A stretch of DNA of 64,000 bases, taken from positions 155,436,001 to 155,500,000 of the forward strand of contig CM059431.1 of NCBI GenBank assembly GCA_030390025.1, read 5' to 3'. Both the position numbers and the translations under genes were made by a program. The stretch is from Squalus acanthias (taxonomy: Eukaryota). Shown one piece after another: positions 13,001 to 25,000 of the stretch. A model generated the notes under the pieces. That model did no database searches and had not been told where the DNA came from. It saw only the letters and a program-made list of their open reading frames with translations. Position 1 is the stretch's first letter, and every line of letters begins with the position of its first letter.

Positions 13001-16000
13001 TGACATTAAATTACTAATGATCATAAAACAACATAGTGACATATTTTATAGGCACATCAATAAAACAATGGAAGGTTGGGATGAGAACAGGTCCATTAAG
13101 GGATAGTCAGGATAATACCAGATGTAACGATAAGGTGCTGGCAGAAATATTAAATACTTATTGTGCTTCAGTATTTAACAGGGAAATAGAACAGGAGGAC
13201 ATGACATTGGATGATGAGATTATGAATGAGATAAGAGCATTTAAAGTAAAAAAGGTGATATATTAATAAATCTATCAAACTAAAAGGGGATAAAACCCTC
13301 GGATTGCATCCACGCATTTTTAAAAAATCTAGGGAAGAGATAGCAGAGGCATTACTACGCATATATAATAATTTGTTAGAAAAAGGTATAGTGCCAGAGG
13401 ACTGGCGGATAGCTAACGTATTATCGATATTTAAGAAGGGGTATAGAACATGTCCATGTAATTATAGATCAGTCAGCTTAACATCGATGGTAGGAAAAAT
13501 AATGGAATCCGTACTAAAGGAGAAAATAGAAGAACATCTAGAAACCTAAAATATAATAATGAGTAGTCAACAAGGATTTCAAATGAGAAATAAATAAATA
13601 AAATGCAACACATGCCCTTAAACCTTCCCTCTTCCCACTGTCCAGGGCCCCAAACACCCCTTGCAGGTGAAACAGCGATTTACTTGTACTTCCTGCATTT
13701 AGTATACTGTATTCGCTGCTCACGATGTGGTCTCCTCTACATTGGGGAGACCAAACGCAGATTGGTTGACCATTTTGCGGAACACCTCCGTTCAGTCCCT
13801 TAGGGGGACCCCGAACTCCCGGTAGCCTGTCACTTTAATTCTCCGCTCCACTCCCACTCTGACCTCACCGTCCTCGGACTATTACACTGTTCAACGGAAG
13901 CGCAGCGTAAGCACGAGGAACAGCATCTCATCTTTCGTTTAGGCACCCTACAGCCCTCTGGACTCAATATCGAGTTCAACAATTTTACATCATAACCTAG
14001 CACCTATCACATTTATATTTTATTTTTTCATCCACCCTTTTGTTTCCCCCCCCCCTTTTTTTTCCTCATAGAAGCTGGCAGCTGTCCTTCATTCTGCCAG
14101 TGCATTTCACACTTCATTTAGCCTCAACCTGTTACATCAACACCTCCTCTTGTATTTATTATCTCTTAACGTCTCTTGATGTCTCTTCATCTCTCCTTTT
14201 GTTCTTTCATCCCCTCCCCCATTTCCCTGCTTTAACTTGCTTAAATCTATTTCATTTCCTGCTTTTTTCCAGTTCTGACGAAAGATATTCGACCTGAAAC
14301 GTTAACTCTGTTTCTCTCTCCAAGGATGCAGCCTGGCCTGCTGAGTTTTTCCAACGTTTTCTGTTGTTATTTCAAAAGAGGAAGTCTTGCTTGAGCATCT
14401 TTATTGAATATTTTTAAGAGGTAACTTTGTTAGCAGACAGTGGTAATATAGCAGATGTAATTTATCTGAATATTCAAAAGGCATTTAATAATAGATTGAT
14501 GAACACGGGCAGAGAATGCAGAGTCTGGGGAGAAGTTTCTGAATGGATTGCTGGCTGACTTCAGTAAAGAGCAGCTATTATCAGTGGCAGAAGGTGTTCC
14601 ACAAGGATCTGTGCTGAGACCACTGCAGTGCACAATTTACATTAACGATTTAGACTTAGGAATCAAAAACACAATTTCTAAATTTGCAGATCACACTTAA
14701 TCTGGGGGGATAGTCAATACTAAGGAGGACTGCAACAAGTTACAATAGGACATTAATGAACTTGCAGAATGGGAATATAGTTGGCAAATGAAGTTCTACA
14801 CAGATAAATGTGAGGTATTACATTTTGGTAGGAAGAATAGTGAGTTCACTTATCAATTTAAGGGTTTGAGTCTAGGTGGCGTAGAGGAACAAAGGGATCT
14901 AGCAGTACAAATGCACAAATCACTGAGAGCTGCGGCGCAGGTTAGCAAGGCCATAAAAAAGCAAAACCAAGCATTATGGTTTAATTCTAGATAGATAGAA
15001 TTGAAAAGTAGGGAAGTTATGCTAAATATGTATGAAAACTTGGTTAGACCACACTTAGAGTACTGTGTACAGTTCTGCTCGCCATATTATAAAAATGATA
15101 TAGAGGCACTGGAGTAGGTGTAGAGAAGACTTCCAATAATGGTACCAGAAATGCGAGAGTATACATATAAGGAAAGTATGAACAGACTGGGTCTCTTTTC
15201 TTTTGAAAAAAGAAGACTGAGGGGTGACCTAACAGAGTTCTTTAAAATTATGAAAACGTTTGATAGAATGGATACAGTGAGAATGTTTCCACTTGTGGGG
15301 AAGAGCATAACTAGAGGCCATCAATATAAGGTTGTCAGCAAGAAATCCAATAGGGAATTCAGAAGAAACCACTTTAGCCAAAGAATGGTGTGAATGTGGA
15401 ACTCGTTACAACAGGGAGTGGTTGAAACGAATGGTATAGATGCATTTAAGAGGAGGCTAGCCAAGCATATGAGGGAAAAGGGAATAGAGGGTTATGCGGA
15501 TAGATTTAGATGAGGAAAGACGGGAGGACGCTCCTGTGGAGCATAATTGCCGGCATGGACTGGTTGGTCCGAAAGGCCTGTTTCTGTGCCATATATCCTC
15601 TGCAATTGTACGTAAAGGGTCAGATACCCTGGCACTTGAGGAGCTCCGCGCCCAATAGCCCAAGGTACTAGGACCTTCTGCGGGCCCAATATTCCAGGGT
15701 ACTCTAACACTCTAGAGGTCAATGAGCCCAGGATATCTGACTCTCTATATAGCCTATGGCGATCAGACACTCAAAAGTCCCAATAGCCCAGCGAACTTTG
15801 AGACAATACAAATAAATTTCTCCGGAGCACTGCAAACATTTGCAGACCCAGTAGCCCAAGGTACGCTGACACCCTGGAGGCCCAATATTGCAGGGTACTC
15901 TGCCGGTCTAGAGTTACAGTAGCCCAGCATAAGCTGACCATGTACAGGCCTAATATCCCAGCGTAGGTTGAACCCCTAAAGGTCCATTTGCTCAGGGAAC

Positions 16001-19000
16001 TGTGACAATCTGCAGGCCCAAAAGCACAATATACTCTAATCCTCTGCAAATCCCAGGGCAGCCTGACCCTCTGCTTATCCGATGATCCCCTGACACAATA
16101 GAGACGTAATTGCCCAGGGTACACAGACCCTCCGCAGGCTCAATATCTCAGGGTACTCTGGACACTTAGAGGCCAAATGGCCCAGTGTACTATGAACAGA
16201 TAGAGGCCGAATGTACCAGTTTACTATGACCACGACATTGACATCAGATTTGCGGACTCAGATCCAATAGCGTTCCAGTAGTCCAGGCTACACTGTCCCT
16301 CTAACGTCCCATTAGCCCGGAGTACTCTGACCCTCTGTACATGACAGGGTTGTCTGGCACTATATACGCACAAAATTACGGAGTACATGGACATTCTGCC
16401 GGCTCAATATCCCAAGGTAATCTGGCCCATGACAGCCAATGGCAATCACAACCTCTGCAAGCCCTATAGCCCAGATGCAATCTTCCCGTCTGCGTAGCAC
16501 ACGGTACATTCAGCCTCTACATGTCCAATAGTCTTAGGGTATTCTGACGCTCTGCACGCGCAATAGCTCAAGCTATACTAGCCCTCTGCATGCACAATAC
16601 CACAGTTACTCTGCCCTTTTGCACAGCCAAGTGTCCTCTGTCCATCTACTGGCCCAATTTTATCAGGGTCTCTGAAAACCTCTGGATCCAATAGCACAGA
16701 GACTTTGACCCTGTCTATTACCTAGGCTACTCTAAACCTCTACAGGCCCAATGCCCCACGGTATACGACCCCCTATATAGCCGTTTGTAATCTGTCCACC
16801 GACAGTCCCAATAGCCCACGGTACCCTGAAACTCAGCAGACCAAAACGCCGAGGGCAATCTGACATCAGGCCCAATATCCCAGGGTAATCTGAACCTCTA
16901 CATACCCCGGAAAAAATCTGGAGCTTTGAGACCCAATAACCCAGAGTACGCTGACCCTCGATAGGCCGAATAGTCCAGTGTACTCTGCCGCTCTATAGGC
17001 GCTATATCCGAGCGTATGCTGACCAAGTGCATGCCCAATAGCCCGGCGTGTACCAAAATTATGAAAGAAGTCCCACAAACTGGTCAAGTAACTATATTTA
17101 TACTCAAAAAATCAGACATTTAATCCAGAGTCCTAGAGACCTTCAGCACAGCTTCCGCATCGTTAGTTATTTTGTCCCCCAAGGATCTATCCCTGGCCAC
17201 CCTTCTATTTCTCATCTACATGCTGCTCCGTGAATACTTTATCCGAAAACACAGCATCAGTTTCCATATCTAACCTGGCGATAGCCAGCTCGAACGTATC
17301 AACTCTTCTCGCGACCTCTCCACTGTCTCTAAATTGTCAGACAGCCTGTCCGACATTCCGTTCTGAATGAGCAGTATTTTTATCGAATTAAATATTGAGA
17401 AGATAAAAGCCATTGATTTCGCTCCTCACCACAAACTCCGTTAACTAGCCATTGACTTCAACCCTCTCCCTAATATCTATCTGAAATAGAGGTCGCGGGT
17501 TTCGGATGTACTGGCGAAGAAGCCTTGACGAGTTGCCGCAGTGCATCTTGTGGATGGTCCACTCTGCAGCCACTGTGTTGCATTGGGGAAGGGACTGCAT
17601 GCTACTAATTTATAAAGGCTTGTGTGAGTTTTATACTCGATTCCGTGAAAAACCCTTTGGCACCGCCCGTTATAAATTTCAGATTGGACAGAGAGCCGCT
17701 CCTCCTGTGCAAATTGACCTTTTGTTCCACGGATCCGTGATGTCCTAATCAACGGACCTACTTTTATTCCTTAATCCACATTGATCATTTGTTAAATGCT
17801 ACTACTCATCCTCAAATCTCTCGCCTACCTTATCTCTAAAGTCGTCTTCACATCTTCTCTTTTGCACTCCAGTCCCTCATCTCCCCTCACTGTGCTCTCC
17901 AGTGTACCAGTTCATCAGTTCCGAACTCCAGACACAGAACTCATCCACACCGACTGGAACTCAGCTCCTACGAGCTTCCATCTCTGTACTTCTTACTTAT
18001 TTAAACAACGACCACATTTAGCCAGGCCTGTGCAGTTTCTCTTAACTCCAGCAGAACAGTCAGCGTTAATTCTGAATACCAACTCTGTAAGGCACCGCTG
18101 GCAGTGTTCCTTGCTTGAAAGACTCTCGAAAGAACATCTGTCGCGATAGCCGTTAGATCAGAGTATTCACTGTTTCATAGCATTTATGTTAATATGTTCT
18201 CATTTACACCTTCACAGAAAATGCAGATACTGAAATATTACCAACGTTGGCGAGCTACACGGATTTCCAGCTCCGCAGAGTTATCGTTTGCTACCGTCAG
18301 AGACTAGAACAGTCAATTGAAGAGGTAGTGGAGGCCGTTAGTCAGTCGCTTGTAGATGCAAACCTGCTCACTGAAACAAATCATAAGGTATGTTTCATCT
18401 ATGTTAGAATCGTATAGTGTTAAATGAGTCCAACGATTGACTATTTAGACAGAGAGTATTCTGTGCAACACAACGATATAAGCAGTACATAACGCTGTAC
18501 TGGTTTAACTTCAGTAGACAATCTGAAATTATTGTCCTGTGCAAGTGATTTGAAATACTCTTCTGAGATATTACTGTTAAATTAATTTTTCATGAAATGT
18601 CAATGCAATCATTCATAATAAGAAAACAGTACCCCATCGACGAAGCGTGAATTTTAATGTCAGCGTTCTGTGCCCAATTATCGTCAGCTGCTTCATCAAT
18701 GACCATCCTTCCTGACAATCAATGGCTTTACCATCGGCGTTCTACCACCATGAGTGTCTCGGTCATCACCACTAAAACCAGCTTTGAGAAATTACTGCTA
18801 AACCTCTTGCAGTTAACGTTATTCCAGTAGCCAAGCCACTCGAAATGAGTAATTGAATGAGACAAAACATGCAGCGCAAGCAACACACATCATCATTACA
18901 GTCCAATGGAAAACCAGGTGCTAAGTCAAAACTGTTACAATCACATAATTCAAATCTCATTTGAATAATTAACTGACACTTACGAACTTAACAGTGTGAC

Positions 19001-22000
19001 ATTTCCTACGATCACGGCCGAGATGCTCTGCCCATTCTGCATCAAAACGGCCGTGCGTTTCGAATTGGACTGAGCTATTGCCGGTAGCGCGGACTGAACT
19101 ATTTCTGCTGAGCATGTCCAATTGGTTTCTTTCATTCTACATCTTGCTATGTCCCACCCCTACCTAGGCCCAAAACTCAGGGACGTCAACACACCTAGCC
19201 TCTCCCGAGGCCACATCCTCTCACCTCAGGAACGCCATAATCTCGCATTTCATAAATTAACCCTGATCTAATCTATGATGTTTATCTGCTTCCTTTCTCC
19301 AATACCTTCTCAATTATGCAATACAAATGTAAACAGACATAGTACTGTGAATAAAGCTGGGAATTTCATGGTACAGTTTGTCTGAGGGTATGATATAATG
19401 AAGTGATCGACGTGGCTTATATAAGGGCAGGATTGGGAGATGAATTGTGCTCTGTTACCTGAAGATCATGGTAACTTATGTTGTATGCAAATAGGGAGCA
19501 TTAATTAATAACAGACTGAGTTGCAGAATAGGATGTTCAGAAATGATATAAGGAATGATTCAAAATAGAAATTTATAAGTTTGGTGTAACACCATAATAA
19601 TATAACTCTTTGTCTATAAGGCGTCCGTTGTCTTACAAAAAATAATGGAAATGCGATAGAAAAAAAGTTATATAGACAAATTGGAGATAATGCAGCAATA
19701 ACAGTAACAGTGATTGGTGACTATAAATATACGAAGTACAGAAGCAACCAAAGTGGCGAAGGGAGGCCGTGGTGTCTGAAGCTTTTCCAGGACATTATTC
19801 AGCTGGCTACAATTTTGGACGACAAGAAAGGATTGAGCATTTCATCTATTTCTTGAAATGGGCAGGGGCTAGTCGGTGAGGTAAGTGCAGTGAAATATCT
19901 ACCAATATTATAGTTAGTATTCACATGAATTATAAAATGTTTCGTTACAATCAAAATAATAAATATATGAAAGGTATAAATCTAATGTCAACGAGGCTCA
20001 GTTATATTGAGGCGGATATGATCAGATAATATCGTGGGTAGGCAATAGGAAAATAGCAAAAATAAGTTTCCCATACAAGATACACAAATCACACGGGAAT
20101 GAAAGCAGTGCAGGGCAGACACGAATTACTTGGGCTTCCAGAGAAAATGAAATAAACAATAGATTTAAAATTGAATGTCGGAGTGTAGGGCTAGTTATAT
20201 GAAACAAATATAGAAGCCTCGGTAATATAGTGAACATTTAATAGATGAATGAGTGGCCGGTGACAGAGTTCGAGACATTGATCATATTCCATATACACTT
20301 CAAGGAAAAGAGTTACATAAAGAAAAGAGCTGTGTAGAGATGAAATGGGAATGGTTCATATAGAGGACGAAGGATTCACTGAAAAGCTATTGGTACTGTT
20401 TTGATGAATTACTGTGATAATTGGAATGAATGAAAAACTCATTGAAGTCAATGGAAAATAAATTCAGACGCGAGTATAACTGGGCTTCCAAATCGCTTCA
20501 GCACGTTTGACCCAATTAGCCAACTCCGGCAAACACCTTTTGCCCATTCTTTAAGGTTGGCAACTTGTGCAATCTGAGATTCTAAAAAACTAATTGTGAT
20601 CTTTCAAAAATATTAAGTTCCTTAACTAACAATAATTTTTGGTTTTGATCGTATCCTATACCTGAAACCGTACCTTTGTGCCTTGATTTTGCACTTTACT
20701 CCTTTCCATCAATCAGTTGTTATTTATAATGAGAGAAAATCCAGAGCCGTGGGTGTCTCAAAGCTGCTCCTTTCTATCTCTGTAACTTCTTCGAATCCTA
20801 CAACCTGTCGAGATTCAGGCGCTGGCCCAATTCTTAGCTCTTGTGCATCCCCCATTGTCATCGCTCCACCATTGATGGCCTTGCCTTAAGCGGTTTAGAC
20901 CCTGAGCTTTAGAATTCCATCCCAAAACCACCATGAATCTCTAACTCTCTCTTCTATAAGACTCTCTTTAAATCTACTCTATGATCAAGCTTTGGTCACC
21001 TGTCCTAATATCTCCCTCTGATCCTTGGTGTAACTTTTTTTTGATAACAATCACTTTGCAACGCTTTGGGACGTTTTACTACGCTAGTTCTTGTTGTTTC
21101 TACTTAATTCTCATTGCAGGTACGACTCCTGTCTGACTAATGGCGTATCTTCCTTTTATTCGCTTATGGGATCTGGGCGTCTTTGGCAAGGACAGCATTT
21201 ATTGCTTATCCCTTAATTGTTTTCTGCATTAACTCCCGATTCTGAGCATTTCATCTCTCTCCGAAGGAAAGCTAGAAATAGAAAAGACGTTTCTTATCCG
21301 AGTTTGTACATTATTTCACTATATATGATTGCAATATACATTTTTGTTAGGAAATCCGTTCCCTAGCTGAATGTCACCGCAAAAGCGATGCATCCCAATT
21401 CATTTTCGATACCGTGCTGGAAAAGGGAGCTCGGGGAGAAAGAAAAATGTGGAACATATTGCTTCAACTGCAGAACACCAAACCCAAGCTGAAAATGACA
21501 TTGTCAGAGATACAGAATAGATGTACAGAGGGAAAAGGTGATCTTGAAGGTTAGTGGTATCCAAATCTAATTTTCCGTTGAATAACAAAGTTTTATTTAG
21601 GATGAGCACCATTTTTACTCGTTTATGTGATGTGGGCGTCGCTGCCAAGGCCAGCATTTAATACCCATCCCTAGTTGCCCTTGAGAAGGAGGTGGCTAGC
21701 CGCTTTCGTGAAACGCTGCAGTCCATGTAGTGAAGGTTCTCCCACAATGCTGTTGGGGAGGCAGTTCCATGAGTTTGACAAAGCGACAATGAAGGAAAGG
21801 CTGAATACTTCCAAGAGAGGATGGTGTGTGTCTTGGAGGGGAATTGGAAGTGATGGTGTTCCCAGGCGCCTGATACTCTTGACCTTCTAGTTGGTAGAGG
21901 TCGCGTGTTTCGGAGGTACTGGCGAAGACGCCGTGACGAGTTGCCGAAGTGCATCTTGTACATGGTCCACTCTGCAGCCAATGTGTGGCAGTGGGGAAGG

Positions 22001-25000
22001 GACTGGCTGCTACTAATTTATACAGGCTGGTGCAAGTTTTATACTCGATTCCTTGAACGAACTTTGACACTCCCCGTTATAAATTTCAGCTTGGACAGAG
22101 CTCCACTACTCCTATGCAAACTCACCTTTTGTTCCACGGATCCGTGATGCCCTCATTAACTGACCTACTTTGATTCCTGAAACCACATTGATCATTTGTG
22201 AAAGGCTCCTACTCATCCTTAATTCTCTCGCCTACTTTATCTCTAAAGCCGTCTTCACATGCCCTCTTTTGCACCCCAGTCCCTCCTCTCCCCTTGCTGT
22301 GGTCTCCAGTGTACCAGTTCATCAGCTCCAAACTCCAGACATAGAACTCATCCCCACAGAATGGAACTCAGCTCCTAAGATTTTCAATCTCTGTACTTCT
22401 TACTTATTTAAACAACGACCACACTTAGCCAGGCCTGGGTTGTTTCTCTTAACTCCAGCAGAACAGTCAGCGTTAATTCTGAATACCAGCTCTATAAGGA
22501 ACCACTGGTAGTGTTCACTGCTTGAAAGACTCTCTAAAGAACTTCTGTCGCGATAGCCGTTAGTTCAGAGTAATCACTGTTACATAGCATTTATGTTAAT
22601 CTGTTCGCATTCACACTTTCACAGAAAATGCAGATACTGAAATATTACCAACGTTGGCGAGCTACACGGATTTCCAGCTGCGCAGAGTAATCGTTTGCTA
22701 CCGTCAGAGACTAGAACAGTCAATTGAAGAGGTAGTGGAGGCCGTTAGTCAGTCGCTTGTAGATGCAAACGTACTTACTGAAACAAATCATAAGGTATGT
22801 TTCATCTATTTTTAGAATCGTATAGTGTTGAATGAGTCAAACGATTTACTATTTATAGATATAGAGTCATAGAGTTGTACAGCACAGAAAGAGGTCCTTC
22901 GGCCCACCGTGTCCGGCGCCGGCCATCAAGCCATGTCTATTCTAATCCCATTTTGTAGCTCTTGATCCGTAGCCTTGTATACTATGGCGTTTCAAGTGCT
23001 CATCTGAATGCTTCTTGAATGTTGTTAGGGTTCCTGCCTCTCCCACCCTTTCAGGCAGTGAGTTCCAGTTTCCAACCTCCCTCTTGGTGAAAAAGTTTTT
23101 CCTCTAATCCCCTCGAAACCTCCTGCCCCTTATCTTGAAACTATGCCCCCTTGTTATTGACCCCTCTACTAAGGGGAAAAGTTCATTTCTATCTACCTTA
23201 ACTATGCCCCTCATAATTTTGTACACCTCAATCAGGTCCCCCCTCAGCCTTCTCTGCTCTAAGGAAAAGAACCCCAGCCTGTCCAGTCCCTCTTCATAGC
23301 TGTAGCGCTGCTACCAAGGAAACATCCTGGTGAATCTCCTCTGCTCCATGTCTAATGCAATCAAATCCTTCCTATAGTGTGGCCACCAGAACTGCACACA
23401 GTATTCCAGCCGTGGCCTAACTGGCGTTTTGTACAGCTCCATCATAACCTCACTGCTCATATATTCTATGCCTGGGCTGGAGATAGCGGATGCACTAAGT
23501 ATGATTTTTCAGTATTCATTAGACTCGGGAAGAGTGCCCATGGATTGGAGGGTAGCTAACGTTACCCCACTATTCAAAGAGGGGGGTAGGGAAAAAGCAG
23601 GTAATTACAGACCTGTAAGCCTTACATCAGTTGTGGGCAAAATGCTGGAGTCCATCATTAAGGATGAAATAGCGGAGCACTTAGCAAATGCGGACAGGAT
23701 AGGACAGAGTCAACATGGATTTACAAAGGGTAAATCGTGCTTGACTAATCTATTGGAATTTGTTGAGGGAGTAACTGGTAAAATAGATGGGGGAGAGCCA
23801 GTAGATGTGGTGTACCTGGACTTCCAAAAGGCCTTCGACAAGGTCCCACATAAAAGATTAGCATGGAAAATTGAAGCTCATGGGATAAAGGGGAAAGTAT
23901 TGACGTGGATAGAGAACTGGCTGTCAGATAGAAAACAGAGAGTTGGAATGAACGGCTCATTTTCTGAATGGCAGGCAGTAACAAGTGGGGTACCGCAGGG
24001 ATCTGTCCTGGGTCCCCAGCTGTTCACAATTTACATTAATGACCTGGATCAGGGAGTCGGATGCAGCATTTCCAAATTTACAGACGACACTAAACTAGGA
24101 GGGGGGGTGGGCTCAGAGGAGGAGAACAGGAAGCTCCAGAGCGATTTGGACAGACTGGGTGATTGGGCGGATAAATGGCAGATGCAATATAATGTGGACA
24201 AGTGCGAAGTTATCCACCTTGGGTGCAGGAACGGGAGGGCAAATTATTATTTAAATGGCAATAAATTGGGAGAGTGGGAAGTACAGAGAGACCTGGGTGT
24301 TCTTGTACACCAGTCACTGAAGGCGAGCATGCAGGTGCAACAGGCGGTCAAGAAGGCAAACGGTATGCTGGCCTTCATAGCAAAAGGGTTGGAATACAGG
24401 AACAGGGATACCTTGCTGCAGCTGTACAGGGCACTGGTGAGACCACACCTCGAGTACTGTGTACAGTTTTGGTCGCCTCATCTGAGGAAAGATGTTCTTG
24501 CCATGGAGGGGGTGCAGGGGCGATTCACCAAGCTGATACCAGGAATGGCGGGATTGACCTATGAGGAGAGACTATGTAGTTTAGGGATGTACACACTGGA
24601 GTTTAGAAGATTGAGAGGGGCCCTCATAGAAGTGTATAACATTCTGACAGGTCTAGACAGACTAGATGCAGAAGGAATGTTTCCCTTGGCGGGTGAGAAC
24701 AGAACTAGAGGACATAATTTAAGGATAAGGGCTAAACCATTTAGGACAGAAATGAGGGGGAATTTCTTCACTCAGAGGGTGGTGAACCTGTGGAACTCAT
24801 TGCCACAGAGTGCAGTTTACGCCAGCTCATTAAATATATTTAAGAGGGAATTAGATATATTTCTACAGGCAAAAGGGGTTAAGGGTTACGGAGAGAAGGC
24901 GGGGACGGGATACTGAATTGGAGGATCAGCCATGATCTCATTAAATGGCGGAGCAGGCTCGAAGGGCCGGATGACCTACTCCTGCTCCTATCTTCTATGT

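Larger units (their letters stand above)
12810..15605 (+). mobile_element. Degraded CR1 LINE ORF2, interrupted by a Penelope insertion
   Basis: ORFs 12879, 13304 ([18 protein letters not shown]), 14788 ([11 protein letters not shown]) and 15139 (RRLRGDL). Confidence 0.88.

Noticed and set aside
17796..18149. Recurrent intronic ORFs ([14 protein letters not shown]..., MRFELCD..., WWCSQAPD...) as repeated genes
   Set aside because: Stops and frame changes differ among units; they are by-products of the duplicated intron and TE remnants
21522..21528. Alternative exon B donor AGAT|gtacag
   Set aside because: Weak donor that would create TAA with exon A; GAAG|gttagt 27 nt later is stronger and conserved in all six copies
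23429..24916. 495-aa ORF as a host gene or domesticated reverse transcriptase
   Set aside because: It is a 5'-truncated CR1 ORF2 with a typical tail; its first residues come from the antisense host CR1
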